Assembly: GCA_018304615.1 (NCBI GenBank)
Contig: JAGVVV010000006.1
Span: 1 to 58,926 of the forward strand
Source of the DNA: Candidatus Aenigmatarchaeota archaeon
Lineage (GTDB): Archaea; Aenigmatarchaeota; Aenigmatarchaeia; CG10238-14; SCSR01
Direction: 5' to 3'
Length of the DNA: 58,926 bases
The notes below the pieces were generated by a model. It saw only the letters and a program-made list of their open reading frames with translations. It did not search any database and was not told the DNA's origin. Position 1 is the first letter of the stretch; each line of letters opens with the position of its first letter. This document shows positions 9,521-18,804 of this stretch, in pieces. A program made the translations under genes and the position numbers.

Positions 9521-9676
9521 ATAGCAAAGAAACCATTCGGAGGATATTCTGTAAGTTTCAAGAAGGTAGCCAACTGGCCTATTACAAAAATCTTCGGAAC
9601 AGGAAATCTTCCACCAAGCCAAATGACAAAGAAGCTTTGGCAATTTATAAAAAAGAACAAGCTCGCTAAAAAGTAA
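9521..9676 (+). CDS. Small SWIB/MDM2-like domain protein, probable AUA start
   Basis: AGGAGGT SD before ATA; KIFGTGNLPPSQMTKKLWQFIKKNKL matches the SWIB pattern. Confidence 0.7.
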   Translation: MAKKPFGGYSVSFKKVANWPITKIFGTGNLPPSQMTKKLWQFIKKNKLAKK

Positions 9677-9707
9677 AATTTAGAATTTTTGTCTTTTCAG
9701 TGATTCA

Positions 9708-10487
9708 ATGGTACGCGTAATAGGAATTAGCTCAGGGAAAGGCGGCGTCGGGAAAACGACTGTCGCCACGAATTTGGGAATTGCTCTTTCTAACTTCGGG
9801 AAGAGGGTGATACTCGTAGACTGTAATCTATCCACACCGCACATGGTCCATTATCTTGGAGACACGAAATTTTCAAAAACTCTTAATGACGTGTTGAAAG
9901 GAAAGATTGAGATCACCAGTGCTATCTACCATCACAACGGCGTGATGTATGTCCCAGCTTCAAATGATTTGGAAGATTTGGTGAATTTGGATGTTGCGAA
10001 GTTGAAAAAAGCTATCAAAAAACTTTCAGACACAGACATGATAGATTATATAATTTTGGACTCAGCACCTGGCCTTGGTAGAGAAGCTGTTTCTGTCCTT
10101 GATGCAAGCGACGAAGTCGTTTTTGTATCTCAACCACTGGAATCTGCGCTTACTGATGTTGACAGATGCAATCAAGTAGTCAAACAGATGGGAAAGAAAA
10201 AAGTCAGTTTAGTAGTGAACATGGTGAAAAACAAGAAATATGAACTGAAACAGAAAGACATACTAGAATCTGTAGGAATTCCGATTGTGGGCAATATCCC
10301 ATTCGACAAGAATGTGGAAAGAGCTTTGGTTCAAAGAAAACCTATTGTCACTTTCAAACCCTACTCGCAGGTGAGTGTCAATTATCATAAGCTTGCCGCG
10401 AATGTCCTTGGAATAAATTTCAAACCATCGTCAGGGGCAAAACTTTTCAGGTTGATAGATTCTATGAGAGATATTCTTTCTAGTTAA
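9708..10487 (+). CDS. minD: MinD/ParA-family ATPase
   Basis: SGKGGVGKTT deviant Walker A, LDSAPG, IPFD. Confidence 0.88.
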   Translation: MVRVIGISSGKGGVGKTTVATNLGIALSNFGKRVILVDCNLSTPHMVHYLGDTKFSKTLNDVLKGKIEITSAIYHHNGVMYVPASNDLEDLVNLDVAKLKKAIKKLSDTDMIDYIILDSAPGLGREAVSVLDASDEVVFVSQPLESALTDVDRCNQVVKQMGKKKVSLVVNMVKNKKYELKQKDILESVGIPIVGNIPFDKNVERALVQRKPIVTFKPYSQVSVNYHKLAANVLGINFKPSSGAKLFRLIDSMRDILSS

Positions 10488-10531
10488 CGAGTTTTAGTTT
10501 CTCAGAAATAATAATAAAATAAAAAAGAAAA

Positions 10532-10798
10532 TTACTCGATTACCTTGAAGACAACGTCCTTCTCTCTGACTGCGCCGTTGACTTTCATTCCGACAGACTG
10601 GCCCGGCTTTGCTACCTGGACCTTTTTGTGTTCAATCTCCATAGAATTCACAGTCTGGGTGACTGAAGTACCTGGACCTTCTATGCTGATAGTGTCTCCA
10701 ACAGCAAGCTCTTCCTCAAGCTCGAGTACTGCAACTCCTAACTTGCCATAGTAGTGGCTAATCCATCCAATCCTCATCTTTTCAGCGTCTTCTTCCAT
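10532..10798 (-). CDS. Small EF-Tu-domain-II-like beta-barrel protein
   Basis: IGWISHYYGKLGVA...VNSMEIEHKKV...PGQSVG. Confidence 0.75.
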   Translation of the reverse strand: MEEDAEKMRIGWISHYYGKLGVAVLELEEELAVGDTISIEGPGTSVTQTVNSMEIEHKKVQVAKPGQSVGMKVNGAVREKDVVFKVIE

Positions 10799-10890
10799 AA
10801 TTAACCTTCGAATGTCTAGAGTTTATACTTTTCCTTTATAGGGCAAAAATAAGTTTTAACTTTGAGAAACTTTGTTCCAGAAGCTTTATA

Positions 10891-10902
10891 TAGGGTGTCA
10901 TA
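10891..10902. promoter_or_regulatory. Putative operator TAGGGTGTCATA adjoining a TATA box
   Basis: Follows TTTATA; 11/12 match to 27661-27672. Confidence 0.45.
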
Positions 10903-10925
10903 CTAATTCCTTGTAAGTGTAGCGA

Positions 10926-11396
10926 ATGAATAAACAAGTCACATGGGTTCTAGCTATAGTTGTTGTTGCCCTGATAGGACTTTCTGTCTATTATTCCCAG
11001 AGCGGTAATCAAGGGTACACATACACCACAACTACGACAACTCAAACTTCCGCTTTAACGACAACCACAACTACAACTACTACTTCCACAACTTCCACTG
11101 GTGGTGCAACTATTGAAATAACTGCATCTGGTTTTAGTCCTAAGGCAGTGACAGTAAAATCTGGTGATACTGTGACTTGGATAAATAAGGATTCCGTAGC
11201 TCATTGGACTGCATCTGCTGTCCATCCTACTCACGCAGTTTATCCAGAACCAGGCGGATGTATTGGTAGCAAGTTTGACGCTTGCCGTGGATTAGCTCCT
11301 GGAGAAAGCTGGTCGTTCACATTTACCAAAATAGGATCATGGATATACCACGACCACCTCTTCCCGTCAAACACTGGAACAATAGTTGTCCAGTAG
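10926..11396 (+). CDS. Membrane-anchored cupredoxin/plastocyanin-like protein
   Basis: TM, Thr linker, GFSP...GDTVTWIN.D...H, GSWIYHDHL. Confidence 0.8.
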   Translation: MNKQVTWVLAIVVVALIGLSVYYSQSGNQGYTYTTTTTTQTSALTTTTTTTTTSTTSTGGATIEITASGFSPKAVTVKSGDTVTWINKDSVAHWTASAVHPTHAVYPEPGGCIGSKFDACRGLAPGESWSFTFTKIGSWIYHDHLFPSNTGTIVVQ

Positions 11397-11398
11397 AA

Positions 11399-12193
11399 TC
11401 ATGCTGTTTTAGCAAGATAATTTCTGTATAGAAAATAGATAAGGTTTCCAATTAGTAAGGCAATGAAGAGCGCGAATTTAATACTGTAAAATGAAAGAAC
11501 AAAAGTTAATATTCCTACGAATAATCCGAATGCAACTTGCTGTTTAGTTTTGAAAGGAGAGGTCTTCGGCTCAGAGACCATTATGAAACCGAAATAGTAT
11601 GGCATGGCTACAAGAAAACTCACTATTCCCTGAACAGAATTCGAAGAAATTGTTATGAATCCAGTGAAATAATACAGAAGTCCAACAATTACCAGAAATG
11701 GAATTGAAACTGCTAATTTCCTTGCTTTGAAATTAGGTAAAATCAAGAGTGGTGTGAGAGTTAAAGTATAACCGAGATAATTAAAACCAATTGCTGCCCA
11801 CCATTCGTCTCCTAAAGAGAAAGCAAATAAAGAAACCAACAGTCCTAAAGTAGCAGGATTAAAAATATGGGATCCTTTTATTCTAATCAAATATTTTGAA
11901 AGAATGGCGACAAATGAAGCTAACAGGACGACTAAGAAAGAAGAATTAATAGGAGCGATTGAACCAATTATAAGACCTGTGATTATAGCAGAAGATGGGA
12001 AAGAGATTGCTCGTTTGAGAAAGAATTTTTTCAACAAAACATCTAAGACCGAGGTCGTAATCACTGCGATGAAAATGTTTAAAGGGAAAGTTCTGTAAAT
12101 GTAGCTGGCTACAACAACTAGCAATGACAGGAAAATAATCGCCCAAGTGTACATTGAGTAAGCATATTTCATATTTTCTATTTCTTTATCCAA
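11399..12193 (-). CDS. RnfD/NqrB-family-like membrane protein
   Basis: SAIITGLI, SKY...HIFNPA, MVSEPKTSP. Confidence 0.8.
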   Translation of the reverse strand: MDKEIENMKYAYSMYTWAIIFLSLLVVVASYIYRTFPLNIFIAVITTSVLDVLLKKFFLKRAISFPSSAIITGLIIGSIAPINSSFLVVLLASFVAILSKYLIRIKGSHIFNPATLGLLVSLFAFSLGDEWWAAIGFNYLGYTLTLTPLLILPNFKARKLAVSIPFLVIVGLLYYFTGFITISSNSVQGIVSFLVAMPYYFGFIMVSEPKTSPFKTKQQVAFGLFVGILTFVLSFYSIKFALFIALLIGNLIYFLYRNYLAKTA

Positions 12194-12252
12194 AATATTT
12201 ATAAGCAGGAATCTCAGCCAATCTTTAGATGAATTGGATCAACTGAAATAAT

Positions 12253-12609
12253 TTATGTAGGAAATACTCCTGGAGGCAAAGTAGTCGAAGTTGTAGTGGT
12301 AGTTGTGGTTGTTCTTGTCGACCTGCAGCAAAACATGTTATCTCGTTCGCAGGAAGCCTGCAATAATTCGTCTCCAGGGGAACACTGAATTTTGCATTCT
12401 CCTTTGAAAAGGTTGCAAGGAGAGTTTGTGGTGGTGGTTGTAGTTACAAAAAACGTCGTAGAAGTAGTTGTTGTAGTTCTTGTTGTTATCCTAGTAGTTG
12501 TTGTAGTCGTCGGAGGAGTATAGACAGGGGTTTTCGGCACAACGAAAAATGCGATTAAAATTCCAGATATTGCAATCGGTATCAGAATCAAAATCCAGAG
12601 CCAGTTCAT
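12253..12609 (-). CDS. TM-anchored Thr-rich protein with a six-Cys module
   Basis: CNLFKGECKIQC...C...CC between Thr tracts. Confidence 0.75.
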   Translation of the reverse strand: MNWLWILILIPIAISGILIAFFVVPKTPVYTPPTTTTTTRITTRTTTTTSTTFFVTTTTTTNSPCNLFKGECKIQCSPGDELLQASCERDNMFCCRSTRTTTTTTTTSTTLPPGVFPT

Positions 12610-12642
12610 AATATTACATTAGAGCCAGAATAAAAAAGTGTT

Positions 12643-14022
12643 TTAACCTATCAGTTTGCCTTCCCTGATTATCAGTTTCCCGTCGACGAAAACATTCGGC
12701 TTCTCTATCACTCCGTCTTCATGGAAAGGAATCTTGATTATTCCACCGATGTTGTAGTTGCTGCCGAAACCGAAATGAACTGCGCCTAGGACTTTTCTGT
12801 CCTCGAAACTCCCAAGGAAAGAAGCTTTGGGGTTGCATCCGATTCCGAATTCTCCGACAGTTCTCGCTTTCTCCCCAATCTCTTTGAAATATTTGGAAAG
12901 TTTTATGACTCTACCTTTTGTTTTTTTGATCAGCCCGTTTTGAACGTGGAATTCTGCTGGAGGTTTTGTCAGTCTGCAGTGATCGAAAACTATCCTGCCA
13001 TTGACACTTGTTTCTACAGGTGCGATGAAGACTTCTCCTGCAGGAAAGTTTGCCCACTTACCCCTTCCTATCAAGCCGTCTTCAGCATGCCACCTTCTGC
13101 CTTCGACACTGAAAGAAACATCTGTTCCGTTTCCAGAGGTAACTTTGATTTTAGTTACTGGCTTCAAAGACGAATAGACTTTCTGCACAAGTGTTGAAAT
13201 TTGGAGATAAGGAGCAATGGCTCCGTTTTTCAATGATTCTGAAGAAAAACTTGGGATTGACAGGAATCTTGCTCCGGCAAGAAGTGACTTGTGTATTGCA
13301 TCTGTGTATGCGAGAGAAGACGAGGTGATTGCGATGATGATTGATGCTCCTGAAAGCGAATTCGCCACTGATTCGTCAGGCTCCTGGCCGTGCCTGCTCA
13401 TCTTTTCTGTGATGATCATGTACACTTTGCTGCTCAACTCTGTGGCCTCCTTGTAGAACATCTTCGCATACCTCATGTTCGGTTTGTCTGAAATAATTAT
13501 GATTTTCTCTCCAGGAATCATCCTCAGGCTCTCTTTCAAGATTCTAGAGAAAACTGACTTGTCGATGAGAATTTCCCTGCCCGTCCTGATTTTTTGTTTC
13601 GACAAGGTCATCTTCAAAGTCTGGATTAGTTCTGCCATATCTGCCTTTGTCACTAATTCTCTCAAAACCTGGTCTGTGGGGACGATCTCTTTCTGCAGTT
13701 CTTGCCTGAGCTTGTTTATGTTGTCGTTTGTATACTTCAGGAATTCAGAAATTTCAGTAGGCTTGGCAGGATGCTCTTCTCTGATTGTGGTCTTCGTTTC
13801 CGAGACTTGGGATTTGCTCAGCTCATTCCTTAAAGTTATGATGTTCTTGTTCAGTGTGGAAAGCCATTCCCAAACCTGCATCTTATCTTCATTGCTGAGA
13901 TGGACTGCATGAGCTTCCTGAGGGACGTCTGTAGGTTCTACGCCTATGGGTTTCCCAGTGTCGTCGTAGATGATTTTTACATACTTCGGGAGGCTCTCGT
14001 AAACGATGTCTTTCTGCGGCAT
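12643..14022 (-). CDS. M29-family (AmpS-like) aminopeptidase with N-terminal extension
   Basis: GTDVSF, NFPAGEVFIAP, GEFGIGCN, HFGFG, HED. Confidence 0.8.
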   Translation of the reverse strand: MPQKDIVYESLPKYVKIIYDDTGKPIGVEPTDVPQEAHAVHLSNEDKMQVWEWLSTLNKNIITLRNELSKSQVSETKTTIREEHPAKPTEISEFLKYTNDNINKLRQELQKEIVPTDQVLRELVTKADMAELIQTLKMTLSKQKIRTGREILIDKSVFSRILKESLRMIPGEKIIIISDKPNMRYAKMFYKEATELSSKVYMIITEKMSRHGQEPDESVANSLSGASIIIAITSSSLAYTDAIHKSLLAGARFLSIPSFSSESLKNGAIAPYLQISTLVQKVYSSLKPVTKIKVTSGNGTDVSFSVEGRRWHAEDGLIGRGKWANFPAGEVFIAPVETSVNGRIVFDHCRLTKPPAEFHVQNGLIKKTKGRVIKLSKYFKEIGEKARTVGEFGIGCNPKASFLGSFEDRKVLGAVHFGFGSNYNIGGIIKIPFHEDGVIEKPNVFVDGKLIIREGKLIG

Positions 14023-14063
14023 ACTATAGAAATGTTAGCTTTTAATAAAAATAACCTTTCTTT

Positions 14064-15086
14064 CTAGATTACTGCCTCCCTGTTAGATGGGAAAGTAGTG
14101 CTAGCCCTTATGTCGTTGGAGTTTATCACAAATTGCGTCACTCTATTCAGACCGAAGCCGCATCCTGAATGTGGGACTGCCTCGTGGTTCTTGTAGAAGT
14201 CTAGGAACCAATCGAAATCCCTTATGCTCCCGCCTCTCTGCTCGAGCAGTTTCAGCATTGTCGACTGGCTTAGCCTGTCCCTGAGTTTTTCATACTCATA
14301 TTCTCTTTCTGCAGCTCCGACAGCTTCTCCGGAGAATGGCAATATGAGATCCGCACTCTTCACCACTTCTGAGTTTGTGTCGTCCTCTTTCATGTTAAAG
14401 AATTTTATAGACTTGGGAAAATGGGTTATGAACAGTGGTCTGCCAAACATTTCAACCAAAAATTTTTCGTGTTTGCTCTTCAAATCATCCCCCCAATTAA
14501 CTCCAAATTCAGATAAGAGATCCACGGCCTTTGTATAGGTGATTTTTTCGAATGGTGGTTTCACCATTTTCAACATGCCTATGTTCGATCCTAGGAATTC
14601 CAATTCATGCATGTTCCTGTTCAGTGTTTCTTGGACCATTGATGTGATAGTTTTTTCGATATGCTCAAGAAGCTCCTTGAAATACCCCTGATGCTCGATT
14701 TCCAGAAGAGGAAATTCAATCAGATGCCTGTCATCGACATCAGGCTCGGCTCTGAAACTAGGACCAGCACACCATACTCTTTCAAAGAAAGGTGTCATAG
14801 TCTCGAGATAAAGCTGTCCTGTCTGAGCCAGGTATTTCCTTCCTCCGAAAAACTGAACTTCGAATACTGTCATGAAATTCTCGCATGCGCCTGTTGCTTG
14901 AGTCAGATGAGGGACTACAATTTCAGTGAATCCAGAGTCTTCAAAATATTTTCTAGCTCCTCTGAGAAGAGACGCCTCAATCTTCGAAACCGACTGAAGC
15001 TCCTTTGTCTTTAGCAAATTGTATCTATTCTTAGTGTCAGTCAAAATCTGTAGATTTGACTTTTCTATTAAATCTGTTCCATCCAT
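14064..15086 (-). CDS. AsnRS-like catalytic domain only; archaeal asparagine synthetase type
   Basis: GACE, LAQTGQLYLE, FRAE...RHL.EF, HSGCGFGLNR; no anticodon-binding OB domain. Confidence 0.8.
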   Translation of the reverse strand: MDGTDLIEKSNLQILTDTKNRYNLLKTKELQSVSKIEASLLRGARKYFEDSGFTEIVVPHLTQATGACENFMTVFEVQFFGGRKYLAQTGQLYLETMTPFFERVWCAGPSFRAEPDVDDRHLIEFPLLEIEHQGYFKELLEHIEKTITSMVQETLNRNMHELEFLGSNIGMLKMVKPPFEKITYTKAVDLLSEFGVNWGDDLKSKHEKFLVEMFGRPLFITHFPKSIKFFNMKEDDTNSEVVKSADLILPFSGEAVGAAEREYEYEKLRDRLSQSTMLKLLEQRGGSIRDFDWFLDFYKNHEAVPHSGCGFGLNRVTQFVINSNDIRASTTFPSNREAVI

Positions 15087-15228
15087 GTGTTTGCCTCCAT
15101 TTTTTTAAAGAAGAGGAAACCTTGCGTTAAAACCTTAGGATTTGATAGGTTTTGTTTTAACAAGACCCACTACCAATTTGTTCGGGCTGGCTTATAAAGT
15201 TTTTTATGATGTAGAATATAATTTGAGT

Positions 15229-15432
15229 TTAAATTAGAACAATACCGAAATTATCTGAACCAGTAAAGTGAGGATGTTCTCTCTTTAACTCAACTCGCTC
15301 TCTTCTTTTTTCGGTGTGGGATTTGTAAGAGTTCATGGCCGAAACATAAATTCGGTGTGCAAATCCAGAATACGACAGAGCTAGCAGAGCAATAGTAGGA
15401 TAGGCAAGTTGAATCAAATACGAATCTGCCAT
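15229..15432 (-). CDS. Small hypothetical protein (1 TM)
   Basis: 67-aa ORF. Confidence 0.5.
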   Translation of the reverse strand: MADSYLIQLAYPTIALLALSYSGFAHRIYVSAMNSYKSHTEKRRERVELKREHPHFTGSDNFGIVLI

Positions 15433-15485
15433 GAAATTAAAAATTGTTTAAAAATTCAAACTTATAGTTTGAACAAGGGAAAACT

Positions 15486-15501
15486 GTGGGAATTGAACCC
15501 A
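15486..15501 (-). repeat. tRNA T-arm fragment
   Basis: gtgggaattgaaccca, 15/16 match to 21873-21888. Confidence 0.55.
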
Positions 15502-16199
15502 TCATAACAATTTCTTTCCTTTTCTAATTAACCAGATTGCACTTACAAGTATTACGAGTTCGGACCAGAAGTCCCAGTGGAACCAGTATGCGGTAAGGAG
15601 CTCCATCCTGGTTAGCCCAGCGTATATTGAAACTCCTATTTCAGATACGAAGAACGTGACATAATTCATAAGGAAAACGATCACTTCAAATGCGGCTACT
15701 CCAATCAACATTATCTTATAACTCTTCGAGATTTTGTCATGAAAAGGAACCCAAACAACAAACTGAAGCTCGTCGTTTCCATAGAAATTGTGGTAAGAAA
15801 ACCCCATAGAAGATTGGACCATGTATAGAAATGCCCACTTCCTCGTGGGAATTCAAAAGTTCTTGAGCCTAAAACAGAGTAGTTTGATTCGTATGGCTTC
15901 CAAATCATATCGACAAAGATTACTGTTATCGCTATAGCAAAAAGGAAAATTCCTATTGAAATCCATTTCCAATTTTTATCAAATTTAAAGTTCAAAGTTG
16001 GACGGTATACTTCATATAACAGGCCGGCAAGAACAATGAGAAAAGCAGCGTTAAAAGGATGGATATAATTAGAATATGGATAAGGTGGAAGATTTGCATC
16101 TTTGCCAATGACATTTGTCCATACAGGCTGCCAGAGAACCCAAAGCAAAATTACTACAAAGAAGAAAAATGCGAAGATACGGTTTTTAATCTTTTCCAT
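15502..16199 (-). pseudogene. Polytopic membrane protein split by a frameshift near 15725
   Basis: Overlapping same-strand ORFs whose hydrophobic parts join at FLFMTKS/SKSYKIML. Confidence 0.6.
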
Positions 16200-16232
16200 T
16201 AATTTTAATTTTATTTTATCGGGATAAAAGTA

Positions 16233-16256
16233 TGCGCGTGTAGGGATTTGAACCCA
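16233..16256 (-). repeat. tRNA 3'-end fragment (T-loop plus acceptor strand), att-like
   Basis: tgcgcgtgtagggatttgaaccca, 20/24 match to 21865-21888. Confidence 0.7.
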
Positions 16257-16313
16257 TTAAGAATCAATTTAATTATATAAGTTGCAAAATTTAAATTTAA
16301 TTTAAGCGGTGGA

Positions 16314-16955
16314 TTGAACATGGCGGACACAAAAAAACCAACTTCAAAGAAACCAACACTTGTTGTTGTGCTTCCATTCATAATTATCGGAGCCATTTTT
16401 GCAGTGTTCGTTTTAGATCAAACGGGATACATAGATATTCCTTTTGTGGATATCCCTAATTTTATGGACGTCGTTTTGGAAATGAAGAGTGAAGCATGCA
16501 TCGGCGTTCCATATGCTGGTTTTGATTTTGCTCCTGGATTAATTCCTTTGCTGAATCCTGACTGGAACGGGGTACGTTCTGGGTACACTTTCTATCTCGG
16601 CTCAGGAAAAGGATTTCCTCCCATGGGACTAATCCTTGGCATTGATGGTATGTTGAGAGGAACGCCAACGGGAGCAGGTGATAATTTCGAAGTCTGTGTA
16701 AAAGACGTTGGCGGAAATTCTATATGCAGACTAGTCCATCTGGAAGTGAAGTCTGGATGTACCACTACAACTACCACTACTAGCACAGGAAAATGTCCAA
16801 CCGTGTTAAATCCACCATGTCGTTCAACACAAGGCGGCGTTGGGGTATCTGGAGGCATTGTACCTGCTTCATGCAATTGCCCAAGCGGCACTACTTATGC
16901 GGGGATGGACAACATGGCACCGGGCGGTCCCTATAAAATCTGCACATGCAACTAA
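16314..16955 (+). CDS. TM-anchored protein with putative Ig-like domain, Thr linker and Cys-rich C-terminus
   Basis: GFPPMGLILGIDGMLRGTP (putative-Ig-like); six-Cys tail. Confidence 0.75.
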   Translation: MNMADTKKPTSKKPTLVVVLPFIIIGAIFAVFVLDQTGYIDIPFVDIPNFMDVVLEMKSEACIGVPYAGFDFAPGLIPLLNPDWNGVRSGYTFYLGSGKGFPPMGLILGIDGMLRGTPTGAGDNFEVCVKDVGGNSICRLVHLEVKSGCTTTTTTTSTGKCPTVLNPPCRSTQGGVGVSGGIVPASCNCPSGTTYAGMDNMAPGGPYKICTCN

Positions 16956-16999
16956 ACTGAAGATTCAACATAGAATTTGAATTATTGTGTGCAGTATTG

Positions 17000-17036
17000 T
17001 GCGGGAGGTGAGAACGACGGTTAACCGTAGTGCGTA
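17000..17036. repeat. 37-bp direct repeat, copy 1 (tRNA-Leu 3' 11-mer plus ACGGTTAACCGT palindrome)
   Basis: Identical to 20175-20211. Confidence 0.9.
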
Positions 17037-17060
17037 GTGACTGCTCCAACATTTGGCTGT

Positions 17061-17091
17061 TTGTTTACAGCTGTAAATAATGCGGGAGGTG
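17061..17091. repeat. 31-bp direct repeat, copy 1 (20-bp near-palindrome plus tRNA-Leu 3' 11-mer)
   Basis: 30/31 identical to 17841-17871. Confidence 0.9.
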
Positions 17092-17224
17092 TGCTACTCT
17101 ATAAAAAGAGAAGCGGATATACTGCTTCGTTTTTCATAGCGATGCGGACTTTGTGTTTCGGCTGAAAAATAATATAGTAAATGGACATTGGAAAGTAGTT
17201 AAATGCGGAAAATCTTAAAAAATT

Positions 17225-17713
17225 TCATTGTTGGTATATTTCTTGATACATTTCTGCTTTCTTTTCTAACCTTGATACATTTTCTTTAGTAAGAGTTCCT
17301 TTACCAAACACTGATTCCCAGCGGGTTTTATGAGTGTCAGGATTCCTATTCATCAAATAGCCTGCCGTACCGCCATATACAAAAACAGGAGCGCCGATAA
17401 TTTCAAAGAACAAAAGCCCTAATTTAGAATTACCAGTTATTACATCATAAATCAAACCAATTGCAAGAGGAATACCAACTGCCATCATTGCAAGGGCTTG
17501 TTTTCTCTTACTCTTCTTACTGAAGTAAAGTTGACCATCTTCTACAAGACTTTTCGCAAAAGTATACCTTGAATTGTTTATAGCTTGCATTTTCTGTGTT
17601 TGAAATATTCTTTCTTTTTCGATTGAAGACAAAACTGATGGTCTTTCTTCATCCAATTCCGACACTAATTGTTCGTATGACAAGATATGCTGTTGCATAA
17701 TTTCACTAATCAT
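17225..17713 (-). CDS. Hypothetical 2-TM protein (cassette cargo)
   Basis: 162 aa; AGGTG SD upstream. Confidence 0.7.
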   Translation of the reverse strand: MISEIMQQHILSYEQLVSELDEERPSVLSSIEKERIFQTQKMQAINNSRYTFAKSLVEDGQLYFSKKSKRKQALAMMAVGIPLAIGLIYDVITGNSKLGLLFFEIIGAPVFVYGGTAGYLMNRNPDTHKTRWESVFGKGTLTKENVSRLEKKAEMYQEIYQQ

Positions 17714-17744
17714 AATTAAGCACCTAAAAGTATTTTACATTATT

Positions 17745-17871
17745 ACCGCATCGTTTTCCGTAGAGATGCGGGAGGTGTGTCTTCTCACGGTATTCCAGTG
17801 CGGACTTCACGCACATACATACCGTGGTGATGCGGACTTTTTGTTTACAACTGTAAATAATGCGGGAGGTG
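17745..17871. repeat. Cluster of hairpin modules with two tRNA-Leu 3' 11-mers (17767-17777, 17861-17871)
   Basis: ccgcatc/gatgcgg, cacggtat/ataccgtg and gtgcg/cgcac stems; second 31-bp repeat copy. Confidence 0.85.
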
Positions 17872-17890
17872 GGCATTAGACTTTAGTCAT

Positions 17891-18790
17891 ATGCTTTGCT
17901 TTTTGACAGCATTTAACCAAAGTCATATGCGGAACACCAGGGACAGAAACACTTTAATCTTTATCAGCCATTTGTTATTTCATGGAAACAAAATACCACT
18001 ATTTAGAGGAACTAGCACACGACAAGAAATCGAAGATCTAAAAAGATATTTAATAGAACATTTTGATATGAACACTGCACAAACAAAAGGTTTTTATAGA
18101 CTGTCTGAAATTTCTAAGTCATCCTTATATCCTATGGTAGAGGCAACAAATGTTCAGTTAACACTCGGTGTTCCTTTACAGTTTATAGCTTATGCAATCT
18201 CTTATCCTGGCAAGCGAACTATAGGATTGGAGACATTTAATGATTTTGATATGGCTGGTGATCATCCTTTTAGTTTTGACTTTATAGATTATTGTCGAGT
18301 AAGAGATAGGACTGAGACTTTAAAGCTTGGAGGATCAGATTGGTTTAATGGTGACAATAAATCTAATTCTGAATTTTATGCTAAAGTTATAGCACCTTTA
18401 CTTCATTCGACATTACAATCTGTTCTACCACCAGATCTTATAAAAGAAGAAAGTTTAGCTCATGAATTACAACATCAAAGAGATTTTGACGAAATAGTTT
18501 CAAGATTTCCGTACCCTTTAAATGAAATTGTTTATGTTTATTTGTTTCAGGAAACTGAAATTGGCGAAGATAGAGCTGTAGAATTTGGGAGTCATATAAA
18601 GAAAAAAGATTATTCTTCATTACAAACATTAAAAGAAAAATATGAAAAAGACGAGCTTCTTGAATATTTTAAAGGTGCATTAAGAAAGCATAGATTAAAA
18701 ATTTTCAAGAGATGGGGTATTAGACTTTTCCTTCGTATGACTGGTGACAGATTTCAGTATTTGCATGATTTACTGCAAGCCTATTTCTAA
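17891..18790 (+). CDS. Hypothetical protein with HExxH (cassette cargo; start uncertain)
   Basis: LAHELQH; AT-rich; annotated 5' end overlaps repeat modules. Confidence 0.6.
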   Translation: MLCFLTAFNQSHMRNTRDRNTLIFISHLLFHGNKIPLFRGTSTRQEIEDLKRYLIEHFDMNTAQTKGFYRLSEISKSSLYPMVEATNVQLTLGVPLQFIAYAISYPGKRTIGLETFNDFDMAGDHPFSFDFIDYCRVRDRTETLKLGGSDWFNGDNKSNSEFYAKVIAPLLHSTLQSVLPPDLIKEESLAHELQHQRDFDEIVSRFPYPLNEIVYVYLFQETEIGEDRAVEFGSHIKKKDYSSLQTLKEKYEKDELLEYFKGALRKHRLKIFKRWGIRLFLRMTGDRFQYLHDLLQAYF

Positions 18791-18804
18791 CATTTTTGAT
18801 TATT

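Noticed and set aside
11399-12193. An Rnf/Nqr respiratory complex
   Set aside because: Only one RnfD-like subunit is present; no partner genes in the window.
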